Both the position numbers and the translations under genes were made by a program. A stretch of 58,289 nt of DNA from Rhizaria sp. SCN 62-66 (lineage: Eukaryota). Of the stretch, positions 12,001 to 19,453 are shown piece after piece. Positions within the stretch are counted from its first letter, which is position 1. Every line of letters starts with the position of its first letter. Under the pieces are notes generated by a model. It was given only the letters and a program-made list of their open reading frames with translations, searched no databases and was not told the origin of the DNA. The stretch covers positions 62,001 to 120,289 of the forward strand of contig MEDY01000043.1 of the NCBI GenBank assembly GCA_001724265.1, given 5' to 3'.

Positions 12001-13758
12001 ACTGCTCCAACCGCGATCGAGGTGCTGTCGTGGCTAGTCGTTATGTCCGCACGCGCGGAGCAGGCACAACTCGCCCAGCACGCAATGCATATGACGCGCG
12101 CGCCGGCTCACGCCGCTGCAGCCGCCGTCCTGTTTGGCGCGCCTTCAGTCGGCGCAGATGCCGCTACTGCAGAAAAGGGTGCTGAGAAGGGTTTCCGTGA
12201 GACTCTGGCGCTGGACCTCCCGTCTGAGCTGCCGCCAATTGAGTCAGACGAGTCTGGTGCCGCGCCGCATGACGCGTCACAACGCGACGCAGCACTTGCA
12301 CAGGAGCTTGTGACGGAGCATGAGGTTGAGATTGAGACTCAGGCGCAGCAAGTACGAGCAATCGCTGCTGGTGCGCTGGTCGCTGGGCTTGGGTCGCCGT
12401 GGCCGCTGACTGACGTGGCAGCGCATCTGGCCCACACAGCCTCATCGACTGCCCCACTTGTTGCGCTGTCTGGTAACAAGGGTGATTTGGACGCCCCGTT
12501 TGCGGGGCTGCGTCTGCCCGCGTCTGTGGCACTGTCGCGTAACTTTTACAACCCGTGGTCGGTCCGAGCGGCGCTGGTGCTGCGTGACATGCATGCGCTC
12601 TTGGAAGTCACGAGCGTGTCTAGTGTCGCACGCGCCGATGTCACAGAGCCTGTCGCGCAGCCAGCGCTGTCTCCAGCTGAGATTGCTGATGTCCAGACAG
12701 CTGCAGCTTTGCTTGCGCACTCAGGATTGCTCCGTTCAGGTGCGGAGGCTGCGCAGGCGCTCTCGTCTGGTGGGTTTGTTGTTGAGGCAGCAGCGTTGGC
12801 GGGATTGCAGCGTGCAGTGACTGCAGCCGACATGTGTGCTGCTTTGTCTGCTGCAAGTGCATGCCTCGCTGCCGACACAGTTTCGCCTCAGAAGGGCGTG
12901 GCTGCGGTGACGTTGGACGAAGCCGCCACGCTTCGCAGGGCTCTTGCACTTGGCGCATTGTCCACCACCTACGCGAATGTCTCTTTTCCGGGGTCGTGGA
13001 CGCGAGCTGACAATGGTTCAGAGTGCAAAAACGACTCCGAACGCACTGCGCGCGCTGCTGCTGTGGCAGCATTGTCGTTTGTCGACGGAGACGCGCACCC
13101 ATCACCGCGGCGGGTTGCGGCACTGGCGCGTGTGCTGGCGCAAACCCCGCGTGAGGCGCGGCAGAAGGCGTGGTTGAGCGCGGCCGCGCTGCGCTCGCAG
13201 GTCGACCGCGGTGGTAGTGGCGGCGCAGGCGATAGGGCGGACGGCGGACTCCGTGGTGCGCCCGTGGCCGCGGCTGTTTGGTCGCAGAGTCCCGCACGGC
13301 TGCTGTTGCTGTGGGCGGTTGACACGGCTTTGTGCGCCGCAGCCACAGGCGCTGAGACGGTGAGTATGGGTGCGTCTGTCGACGAGTCTGCCGGTCCTGA
13401 GGCTGGAAACATCGTGGACGTCGCTGCCGGGGTGACTGCAAGTGCAAACGCATGCTTTGACGAAGTCGCTGAGCACGGCCAGCTCACTGAGGCAGACATG
13501 CGTGCGTGGGCCCGGCGCGTGTGGGCTCAGTGCCGGAGCACAACCACGGCGCCTCAGGAAGGCGCACTCGTTGAGAATGCCGAAACCAAGAGCGGCGGCG
13601 AGTCGGCCACTGCAGGGTCAGTTGAGGACTGTGCAGTGTTCTTGTTTAAGCAGCGTGCAGTTGACGTACGTTGGGCTGGTGGTGACGAAGAAGGAGGAAT
13701 CTGTCTCACTCGAGAGGCCTTTGTGACGTGGGTAACTGCGTCGGAAAGCAGTGACTAA
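1..13758 (+). CDS. Giant DUF3638/DUF3645-family P-loop (SF2 helicase/SecA-like) ATPase, >4580 aa, probably 5'-truncated by the window edge
   Basis: Frame 1 is open from base 1 to TAA at 13756-13758. Motifs: Walker A MLMGAGKTT (~9376-9402); Walker B LLLDEVD (~10165-10185) followed by LLHPLRSELNFPIG; DUF3645-like RRLAAVPFAGKDTPTVAAEFAHAD (~10885-10960); motif III-like GFSGT (~11360); C-terminal lobe ALIDTGA...FYDQVHTVGIDI...QGAYRMRGLG (~11550-11895). No intron is needed. Confidence 0.85.
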   Translation, partial: EASPAPAALRWHPNMLAAEFHALSRTDCEARSVPVLEFAAQEDLLLPTASLATLPVAHERAYLPPPLHAEVACSAAWALHGGFDAVMTDHSAAQNAAAGSEAEIAPEAVVDALIVAGDSSAVETVSLVDRRLAAVAVLKQVTDAAKKLLSRTTVADYDAAARLLVATIAERVPVPCTHRERGLPLTVSTSDGRNELPPTRERTLCCPWLDASITRAELVAAAVALHEAAVTLVAALLGSSGDVAAGAGRGLIAMAALFAVSDALVRVCPTDCENPWAVLVDNAPRHGLEHGPRSPRSPLSSDTSALPQSPPDVVVANPTCNGAEKPTTAGPLAMFSSTWSDPALATLLALLPLTEPALAIARGRALAYISEREAAAEHVLFRGVQDPILSSSPEALLMHAYAELTETPLSASRAGGAVDIPSTVGSWLCSPYWAEDTYTSTLTPITRWHGEFAVWRDLGFYVCFLRYRLRDRGNDSGDTAPQLRRPRAMRPRWESGVDDGIISLDISVGRFSDVFAHEGVVVATPAWSTYYLPAPAQSRVVAPAIQAWGTLPAVVTPHELHSSGVVMGGSTSAHGGGGYAGRWDDMQDLSALGRACDEAAASVTLSRKSRESRTGAVATPHLFEARKPLTLSTAGRILFSALADFDLRLDDPAPEETVLLSAHLPSFHHFLAPRDAQKLITTLSAPAARVPAMLAFVAAGARNGWLQSPAVRELLHCALFEAGRFQSPYAYAVTPESVPVNVLRLGTPYGLLHQELLHAPAGVVRPLTEMLITAAAEHASDATALPLASAAAPLLFLVRTAATVAAWLLHIYGALQNPATARVWDQHSPYYAPSAAVESGSFDALVEGVRSALLCVNNALIDVALPLMRHWLYMAVLLGREQAHAAAAGSSGGAAGFSIAARERCVSLLAHIALAHAGSEVTADVVGTIACVQLWGSSAQQVDQSSAPDGEADLDTPVTKQNSEDADSGEEVARERGNRDLWSVHAPAPVSAVKQLVTTRRAAVVAALDACTPSVRDNGLALALHWGLGFSSAESAVASGTSEWHRVTAAEGGGAHLWRHSATGAQLDVALCRVSASSAPVQGASAELQQSLFFQRVCARGETDGALVSRIDSHTARTRLQLLGRADTISMWTPADIVDVLSLSPQPIARNDSGDGGAEAAGATYHGTRYTRRYGSVTLPDSELWVAELTEEFLLEFYNGRLALEFSWFLPEAATADTAAFAVMLGHDVHRQVWRLLVLQRHRGAVQLYSLIECGRVLYPVLSFASHGPTALSSLSPKCATDTYSSAATKPHFIKRNTPFSRLSRHARGRVTGSEGPLGCTSGPAASVTITTVLPSPPAAAAGSMLFAPAGAATLLPPHVLTGLLPQALLDRFDFALSHADGLVRGTPVDAVAEDPVWRFNLLLRPVALAIAQETSAAGKTPLEFARQLGSTGALVYRLPYSTDVEFPLCGPAPTARLLVSLCAAAPGSPLGRLAEVIMRVEDLAHVLVWAPPPPELDIAPLLLARDAQGAALAALPPTVRTALAAHYDGIGAAAAKELVGAALARAELVLETVFLPRLGITFDVSPAMGQQQTKLRLREHPALHVCDEAPLDVAPLLRALPHSLVLRDTVNAVHVLVPTYPVMRPSVRSSPLSVDLLPLRADALWAASAGRVARYYIYEVHAARTTLLPPQGRGAGPVALLLARTLLHRAYADASRLVTACLSEPAGVESDNIGVGAGVGAATDDLCGTGAALSPEEVAMLSQVEQSLDDQHPDAIAVRLRLRVRLATSPTAVPWRYAAAGLSARGSSPHNAVSGTDRLYSVGDDMSAIAARWHIITAACALGAEERRTLAAVVTAVHSAAARNNRAFSWPDWDGMCTLGMRLGSELAALDRAAQLRAAVASAVVNGFLVGNSEVPGMSDIVVLEDGAMSPAAGVSAVAGPVLAVDNNGSLVERMRYITEAPEMRLFVAALEAGDVPACLHELAALPGPSTAKRVGGSGAQRRAGGKPSSYNSSPSGVCALLDDAAQDCVANAALAMQVTASTAPRPSVDAPTRLATLTTNRYISARFSTMKHLALCYERPRRAQLRGARAMRLLNRLLDDNPLGSAQRLGLLFLFELLQGSRKVRFMPHDEVTAVDKSALPQEWTALSLTIDMVDGDLVNDGAKKKTENAKKSSSKGKNRPAHSDDDNSGGEGDDEDEDEDEDEDGEGSSDEEESKLKKADDLDDFGLDDNEDSDTSLGEPDSDDEARKFARKKRARAAVVRMVKQRRAEGRSLSANDLARVQEHPTREPISAHAAPLPVREDEAEGLFLAEITSLWLRAGAERHQTTVPAVIFLLINNVLQQRTAVSDAGPGESQSAEPLAAANTALRAQHMAMWATMSAADGDPVTSVFSSSCIAASFANAPEARRQRFLDEALALRDAAAQKLLKSDVWAQQRRIAANEDIMTPRLDFTLLRARLVQSIALKRAFLAPVLNSYCFKLGRATSMVPMDAGSTDNEPFGETELDTPRLPVPQDRGEQMRWVDVAGLPQTLKISDDELLYLCSQPLYAADLATHTCVHVTPAALGPEDTETEFTLNVSGDPALNTPHGREMVSRIASDHANVLAARRSAAVVAVRGLSAAATAAETSGAVSSAEAATASARLIAIQDSLSRVFDGDIAYTERARRYLEFAANSVPLRTVTLPGDFEVTSSAQRMSPAISAADALTRAFSCADSDLDSLPQSVATECGVPAIILRTPGHFPVVRTRAEEDLRGVILALDIGHPLAQLLRGGDDFVKLVQADINMWTTGAREADGLILPVLTPATSHVVSMLCAIASTYNVTDKNEGVEARRATFWSFVPRVAAALCLVLVGNSTSAHDAAQLHSMLEHHTGARSFKRVSDLVASFMSASSVMRSPLGTVPEHLHSLLAVYMLRVSRITLIQRALHATRETTHALHSVVAAPSPSAAAAFVQRVRALTTVLTTGRYYVVRTESPGAPLLARLDPRLLAFEYSFAIVLRREQVQLVRSFLQSEQDPMPTMSLPTVTATSDAAPLDFTLSTPSLSRVDCSCVLAADKFALSSGAQRSSVAASVLCSWEEALAAFRPMCAATIDAEPFDIPGQLVKRIHFHRKLNAAAAALGPNMVLPGFSVRASLPACTQPFSRVHQMLMGAGKTTVVGPLVALLVESVQRRQRRITVFAVPSALLHMTTAALRARLAGPFLLPVTVVSFQRDAVPMDPAALMALAAAAANDRGDNRAAAQVRSALAYETRKDERRQRLIWPPARESALPLVKSPGHAIMRLESAVASARTSGGVLVCADTTLKSLVLKGAELDIAARALAKSIVSRARDATSKSDRSDERPLKSDTELLMTIGSRTGPLGNEMHPLSPEDDARVRAYRDRFPYSVLQLSALLSALEALRRVLSVIRGATLLLDEVDVLLHPLRSELNFPIGSRSLLRPAPARWLVPIVLVDAVMSALIIAGAGRGAVGVLTVGTAAAAPLASSAQGQSALQALTVAIRDGLQAQVVLAQPHFTLLDESFYRSRMLRPFARWLLVHLATTGALPALRGNSSGDDAGDRLGLDEEHRAVLEFLCMSPMQGRASNTEMANATVAEAGAKVVRALTPGHCALVLLARAWLHVYLPHTLGKTHRVSYGLLTDAYQAAHPGQTSARRLAAVPFAGKDTPTVAAEFAHADTLAGLTVLALKAEGLRRSDVRTMLVALKSSLGAELGPVAARPSHRLFASWITAATTNTNASDAKNVAHVLSLSTLQPGNPDDIAHAHALLARLPVAIEHFLLTRVFPTVMRRQKTNLAVAGDDLAMPWLARACLGFSGTPSNILPPTLGRCHYEEGTEGAIAATLTAAAVVTTGSLDADWDARTLLHTVASASAPPLHALIDTGALVTGLSNQQVAAFLLTYGLSHVDGVVFLGSDDAPLVMLRGADRYGRRLVMPLAQCGLPVERRFTFYDQVHTVGIDIAQAPNAVAAVTLGKDMVLRDYSQGAYRMRGLGLGQRLHVLIPPAIARLIRDVCTRVRPDAVASLASDTAPTAIEVLSWLVVMSARAEQAQLAQHAMHMTRAPAHAAAAAVLFGAPSVGADAATAEKGAEKGFRETLALDLPSELPPIESDESGAAPHDASQRDAALAQELVTEHEVEIETQAQQVRAIAAGALVAGLGSPWPLTDVAAHLAHTASSTAPLVALSGNKGDLDAPFAGLRLPASVALSRNFYNPWSVRAALVLRDMHALLEVTSVSSVARADVTEPVAQPALSPAEIADVQTAAALLAHSGLLRSGAEAAQALSSGGFVVEAAALAGLQRAVTAADMCAALSAASACLAADTVSPQKGVAAVTLDEAATLRRALALGALSTTYANVSFPGSWTRADNGSECKNDSERTARAAAVAALSFVDGDAHPSPRRVAALARVLAQTPREARQKAWLSAAALRSQVDRGGSGGAGDRADGGLRGAPVAAAVWSQSPARLLLLWAVDTALCAAATGAETVSMGASVDESAGPEAGNIVDVAAGVTASANACFDEVAEHGQLTEADMRAWARRVWAQCRSTTTAPQEGALVENAETKSGGESATAGSVEDCAVFLFKQRAVDVRWAGGDEEGGICLTREAFVTWVTASESSD

Positions 13759-14283
13759 AACATCTCACTAAATTGATCTTTGGTGAGAATACTCGAGAAA
13801 AACATGCTTAACTAGAGGAATTGATTAAAAAATTATGTAAATGTATAATACATGTAGTATATCCCAACATCATGTGCATATCTTTTAACCTTGGCAAGTG
13901 TCAACTTGAAATGTAGCTCGGATAAAGATCTTGCAGGTTTGGTGGCGACGGCACTGCGTCGACGTCGCCCAAATTGTTTCGACCTCATACACTGATGCAC
14001 CATCCGTCACCGTGAGATTGGGTGTACTTCCAGCTATATCGCGTTTTATTGAGCTTGTCCACTATATTATCTCTGTTATGGGCATCATTTTGGTGCCTAA
14101 CAGGTATCGGCTGTTGCTTCGCACTTCCTCTATCAACCCCGCAGCACCTCCTCAACTCCGCACTTGCCCTTACGTATGTATTTTTGATACGCAAGGCCCC
14201 AAAGTCCAGCATATGTGTTTTTGACAATCACTATACTCTAGCATATTGCCTTATCTTTTGTAACAATTGATATCCTCCTAGAA

Positions 14284-15378
14284 ATGCGTCTTGCTCCCGC
14301 CGTCCTGCTCGCAGTCCTCTACGCCGTTCTCGCGGCCGAGGCCAGCATCCCGTGGTCCTCCGTCTCGCGCGGCGCCCTGCCCAACACCGACGTGACCCAC
14401 GGCGGCCTTCTTGGCATGTTCTCCGCCGATGGTGCCACGTCCGTGCTGCACTCGATCAAGGGCGACAAGTGGGAGGCGATCCCCTCCGAGTCTAACCCTG
14501 GCAAGCTCACTGTCACCTGCGCGCACCACAAGTCGCCCATCGTCCTCGCCGGCGGCTCCGCGGCTGCTGGTGGCCACGCGCTGGTTGCCATGAGCGTTAA
14601 CACGACCCGCCTGTACCCCGTCTCGAAGGTTCCCTCCTCGGTGACCGTGATCGCGATCAAGCCCATGCTCAACACCGATGACGCGTTCGGCGTGCTCGCT
14701 CTTAAGGGCGCCGACGACGGTTCCGTCTTCGTCGTCGCCTCCGGGGGCGAAGCCGTCACCGAAGTCAAGCTCCCCAAGACGCTCTTTGCCAACGGCAACG
14801 TGCCCGTGCAGGCCGCATTCCCCACCCCCAACGACTGGTTCATCGTCACTGGCGTGCCGACAGCGCGTGTCGAGGCGCTCTCCGCGGCCTTCCCCCGCAA
14901 TGCGGGCCCCGGTGCCGTCGCCGCGGGCGCGTACGCGGGCGAGATCTTCCGCTCCAGCGACGCCGGTGCAACGTGGACCTCGGTCCACAACGTCGAGGAC
15001 GGCGCTTTCACCGACATCGACTGCATGTCCACCGAGCTCTGCCTCGCCAGCGTTGTCATCGACAACGCCAACGGCCAGATTGCGCGTCTCAAGGAGGGTG
15101 CGTGGTCCCCCGCCTTCCGCCAGGGCGCGGGCGTCGTCACCGCCGTGCGCTTTGCCTATGAGTCCGGCATGGCGCTCGCGACCGGTGGGCTGACCACGGA
15201 GGATGGCCGCAAGCTTGGTATGCTGCTGTCGTCCGCGCGCAACGGCATCCGCTGGGAGCCCGACCTCCGCGACAATGCCGCGCCTGTGTTTGACCGCATC
15301 GCGACCACGCCCGACGGGAAGACTGGCGTCGCCTCCGGCCGCGACAGCTCCGGCAAGGTCGTCGTCTTCAAGTTCTAA
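14284..15378 (+). CDS. Secreted BNR/Asp-box beta-propeller protein (Ycf48/sialidase-like fold), 364 aa
   Basis: ATG..TAA ORF with strong C/G-ending codon bias. Hydrophobic signal peptide MRLAPAVLLAVLYAVLAAEA. Asp-box IFRSSDAGATW (~14944-14976) and a degenerate second copy SSARNGIRW. Confidence 0.75.
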   Translation: MRLAPAVLLAVLYAVLAAEASIPWSSVSRGALPNTDVTHGGLLGMFSADGATSVLHSIKGDKWEAIPSESNPGKLTVTCAHHKSPIVLAGGSAAAGGHALVAMSVNTTRLYPVSKVPSSVTVIAIKPMLNTDDAFGVLALKGADDGSVFVVASGGEAVTEVKLPKTLFANGNVPVQAAFPTPNDWFIVTGVPTARVEALSAAFPRNAGPGAVAAGAYAGEIFRSSDAGATWTSVHNVEDGAFTDIDCMSTELCLASVVIDNANGQIARLKEGAWSPAFRQGAGVVTAVRFAYESGMALATGGLTTEDGRKLGMLLSSARNGIRWEPDLRDNAAPVFDRIATTPDGKTGVASGRDSSGKVVVFKF

Positions 15379-16534
15379 GAATTCGCTTGTGAACGTACAC
15401 TTTTGTTTGATAGTTTATTTTTTTTGCTCTGTAAAATAAAATTATGAGTTTTTTTCATGTTCGTAGTGTCTTAAAGTCTTACTTTTCCACAAAAATAATG
15501 TATCATGGCAGCTGGAATTGCAATTGTGAGTGCGACAAAGGATGAAAGTGAGCATTCACGCTCCTCGGAAGGCCTTACTTTGGAAATGCAACGCGCGCTT
15601 GTAGTCATTGCTCATAACTGTTATTTGGCGCAGAAAGATGTTCACGCTGCTTGTCTCGGGACTCATCGACACTAATTCGTTTCAGACTGTCTTCAAAGCT
15701 TTGTCGAGTGAATGATGATATTAATCATGCACCATATCGCGCATGTACGCCCACACGTGCGCCTTTGGCACTTCCTGCTCGCAGTCACGGCGTCAAGATG
15801 ACGAAAACATCGGAACGCATGGGGGCAGAATAGAACAACCGACCAAACGGCCGACCAATGACAGATTTCCCTGTCCTCATTTTCCGAGTATTTTGACGTC
15901 GAACGAAAAAATATGTTTCTGCAGCCATATTATATCCTGCTGAAGTATGCCTTTAATTTGTACAGAAATGTACTATAATCTCATAGACTGTTCCTATGCG
16001 AGCTATTGGTGGGCCTTCATGAGCTGGCAACTGCATGATCAAATTCGTGTACATACGCATTTCCCCACAGAGAGCTCACACACATTTTTTTCTCGCGCCC
16101 TCTATTGTTTACTCTTTTGTAGGCTAATTACTGCCATGTCAGCAAGCGGCGGCTCTCATCAACCTCGCGGGCTAAAGGTACGTGGATAGTTTGATCTTGC
16201 CTCTCTTTCATTTTGTGCTTTGACATGGCTGTATCAGGATATTGTGTGCAGAGCTTCTGACGCAACTACTATCGTTACGTCCCTGGCTCTTTTTTCTTCT
16301 TCGCTCGCATTGTTTCCCTGATCCTGTGTTTCCTCCGGCGGGCTCGGCTGCCCCTGAAGACGATTACGCCATAACAGCAGCTTCCTAGCACTGGCACTGG
16401 CAGGGCCACCGCTCTCACTCATTGACGGCGACATTAAGACCGGTGCCGCCGATGCCAACGGCTTTGGCTCCGGATCCTCACTCCGGACGAGCGCGATAGC
16501 CTCTACAATCGTGTACTTTGCACATCGCGTGCGC

Positions 16535-18695
16535 TCACGCGTTGTTGTAGCGCTCGTACTCCTCCGGTGTCATCCTGTCGATGTGCTCATCGGTGATGCG
16601 CGACAGCGGCACAAGCTCGCCAGCCACCGACACCATCTCCTCCTCCGCCGCCGCCGCGTCCAAAGCCGCCTGCGCACGCTCCTGCTCCTCTCGCAGAAGT
16701 GCCTCGGCGGCCGCGACCACGGCGGTGTGGCTCAGCCCAGTGGCGATAGACTCAGTCTCGACACCGGCCGCAGCGGTCCCGGGCTCGGTCTCGGTCTTGA
16801 CACCGACACCAGTCGCAGCGTCGGACTGAGTCGCAACACCGGCCGCGGTGGCAGTGGTGAGCTCGCCGCGGGCGTGGGCGAGCACAGCGGCGTTGAGCGC
16901 CTCTTGACGCGCGCGCTCCTCGGCCTCACGGATCTCTGCTAAGCGCTTCTCCTGTAAATACGTGACAGACGCGAGTGTGAAAAAAAAAAAAAGATGTCGC
17001 GTGAGAATACGAGAGGATGAAACAATAAAACCTGGGATTCAAATAACTCTCTTTAGTGTGTGAATATCTGTGATAGTGGATAAGAACATCTGGTCACGGG
17101 TACGTACCTCTGCCTCGCGCTGCTCGCGCTTAACGGCCTCGCGAACCTCGCTCTGCTGCGCCTCGGCCGCGCGCGCGGTCTCCGCACGCTCGCGCGCGGC
17201 GCGCTCGTCGGGCGTCATGCGGCTCCACGAGAGGTCCTCCTTCGAGACTTGCACGCGCTGCGATGGAGATCACAGTCGCAACCGCATTCGCAGTCGCAAG
17301 GGAAGACAAAGCGTCGCAAAGTTGCGAAGATAACAATCCAGAGCGAGAGTAACAAACCAAAACAAAAAAGAAGAAGTAGTACGAGAGTGAGAACATCGCA
17401 AAATGCAACAAAAACAACAGATCACAATTTACGTGAGAAGAGCGCATAAAAGCCAATAATGCACAGCACAGTGGGGTTGAGCCGCAGAACGCACGTACGT
17501 TGGCGAGGTCGGCCGTGGAAGAGTGCCCGACCTTTGCGCCGACACCACTGTCGGCACTGCTCCCGCCCGCCCCGGCGGCCTTATCCGCGGAGTCGCCCGT
17601 GCCCAAGGCGTCGAGCTCGAGTTTCTCGCGGAGGACCTGCTCCACTTGGCTACGCAGCTGCTCGATAGGCTCTAGCTGGAGGTTGAGCTCACGCTTGAGC
17701 TGATCGAGCGGCAACACCCACTGCGAGTGCTCCGCCAGTGCGCGTTTGCACGTCTGGCAGCGGTAAGACGAGAACACGTAGGTACGCGTGACTCCGTCGG
17801 GACCGGTGACCGTGCCGTCGGGCGCGTCCGCGGTCGGGTCGCCGTCGGTGGCGGCGGAGAGCACGCTGGCGTCGATGATCCCGCTGCGAGCCTGGTTCGC
17901 GACAGCGCGCGCGGTGAGCTCAGCGATGTGGATGACATCGGTGAAGGTTAACACGTGGTTGCACCGGATGCAGCCAGAGTTGACGCACTTGTACTCGGCA
18001 ATGTTGTTCGCGGGCGTGTCGAGCGAGGCGAGCATCTGCATGTGGCGGTACTGCACGACCTTGACGATCGACTCGTAGTCGATGCGCCACTCCTGGTGCG
18101 TGCGCGGCCGCAGCTCGCGCTTGTTGACGATCACAGGTGTCGCACTCTGGTTTTCGTCCTGCACCGTTGTCGTCGTAATAAGCAAGTTCTGTGAGAGGGT
18201 TGCAAGCATGCTGTCAATCTGCTTCTCCCCGAGCTTAAGGTAGTCGGAGATCGTCGACGAGCGGAACCTACGCATGCAACGTGGGAAACAAGAAAGAGCC
18301 CAATGAGTTTAGGGGAAGGTGAGAAAAGGATGAGTTGAGTGTGTGCAGACACGTGCGGCTGCTCCAGGTGGATTTTAATGGGTGCACGTACGTCTCGCCG
18401 CTGGGCGCGTGATGCAGGACTGCAGAGATGAGAATTGAGTACTCGATGTCGAAGTAGGCGCGCACGACGAGTCGCAGCAACTGCTGCCCCTTCGTGTGCT
18501 GTGATCGGTATCAGGACGTCGTTTCAGAGTAAACAGGAATTCACAAATGTAAGAAAGACGTGTGGGATGAAGTAATGTGAGATATAAGCGTTGATATGCA
18601 TTGAGATCCCTCCAAGTGCCATGATGTTTGGGAAGGACTCGTTGGTTGAACGATCGTACCAGCTCGGCGTCAATGCTGCCGTAGTTAAAGTTCAT
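16535..18695 (-). CDS. TFA1: Transcription initiation factor IIE alpha subunit, 5 exons, 492 aa
   Basis: Exons (minus strand) 18695-18660, 18498-18392, 18267-17499, 17257-17108 and 16951-16535 join in frame to 1479 nt. Features: N-terminal winged-helix-like LLRLVVRAYF...WRIDYESIVKVVQYR; Zn ribbon YKCVNSGCIRC...YRCQTC; RELNLQLEPIEQL helix; diagnostic C-terminal acidic domain MVSVAGELVPLSRITDEHIDRMTPEEYERY. Confidence 0.88.
16952..17107 (-). other. Spliceosomal intron 4 of TFIIE-alpha (156 nt, GTACGT..CAG), contains a U13 tract
   Basis: Removal joins EQREAE to EKRLAEIREAEE. There is an in-frame stop inside the intron. The plus-strand A13 at 16980-16992 is the polypyrimidine tract. Confidence 0.88.
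17258..17498 (-). other. Spliceosomal intron 3 of TFIIE-alpha (241 nt, GTACGT..CAG)
   Basis: T-rich interior on the sense strand; removal joins TADLAN to RVQVSKEDLSW in frame. Confidence 0.85.
18268..18391 (-). other. Spliceosomal intron 2 of TFIIE-alpha (124 nt, GTACGT..TAG)
   Basis: Phase-2 junction AC|G restores SGETFRSSTISDYLKL; the interior is pyrimidine-rich. Confidence 0.88.
18499..18659 (-). other. Spliceosomal intron 1 of TFIIE-alpha (161 nt, GTACGA..CAG)
   Basis: Removal joins MNFNYGSIDAEL to HTKGQQLLRLVVRAYF in frame. Confidence 0.8.
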
Positions 18696-19453
18696 TATTG
18701 GTTGAAATCGGGTGCGTCAGCGCGCCAGGTGTCCGAATTGCACCTGATTAAACACGTAGGTATTACAGCGGAAAGGGTGGGATCAGAGGATCTCAGGCAC
18801 AGTGCTGTGGCAATGAAGCGTCGATCACTGATGCGACCTTGAAAAGCTGAGCGAAAGAAAATGAACGATAGTGAGTAGGTGATGTGAATTAGACAATACA
18901 AATACGGGACACCGTATTTACGTAAGATTTAACAAAGAATTGCACTGTTTCATTTCATTTAACGATGAGATCATGGAGATCGGGTTGGTTTGAGTACGGC
19001 AACTTCGTCCAACCAACGATGAGCATGGACCGAAAAAAACAGACCCGACCAATCGCTGGCTCACGAACCTTGGAGGCTCAAACTTTATTCAAATTAACGC
19101 GGCATAATCAAACTTTTTAGGGAGTGATAATGTATTTATTGAATTTAATTGGAGTATTCTATATGATATCTTGAGTTTGGTGCTATTCGATGTATTTGTG
19201 CTGGGAAAATCTTGATTTGATTCTGCAGCAGCAACGGTCATCGAGCTCAACGGGCGCCGGCTCATTCTGCGATTTTTTGCGACCAATTAACGACGACAAA
19301 TTAATTTTTAGTAGCGAATATGGATTGAAGTCGGCGCTAACTGTAAAATATTCCCATTAATTTCTGTCGAAAGTGTCTTATAGCTTGGCTGTGTCTTTGA
19401 TAGCATCCCCCACCCAACCTCACGCCCTCCTGTTCAAGCGAACCGATCGGCCC
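18696..19453. promoter_or_regulatory. Divergent promoter region between TFIIE-alpha and the CEP350-like gene, with CCAAT-box-like elements
   Basis: AT-rich 758-bp head-to-head spacer; CCGACCAAT at 19045-19053 and CGACCAAT at 19280-19287. Confidence 0.5.

Noticed and set aside
13931..14270. Short ORFs between the giant ATPase and the secreted protein
   Set aside because: AT-rich intergenic composition, mutually overlapping, no coding signal.
16234..16538. Minus-strand 74-aa ORF downstream of TFIIE-alpha, and a possible 36-nt GTGAGC..TAG intron across its stop
   Set aside because: TFIIE-alpha already ends at its conserved C-terminal motif. The donor does not match the GTACG consensus, the intron would be far shorter than the others, and the ORF starts at TTG.
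16980..16992. A13 run as a retroelement poly(A) tail
   Set aside because: It is the U-tract of TFIIE-alpha intron 4 on the minus strand; no target-site duplication or element body was seen.
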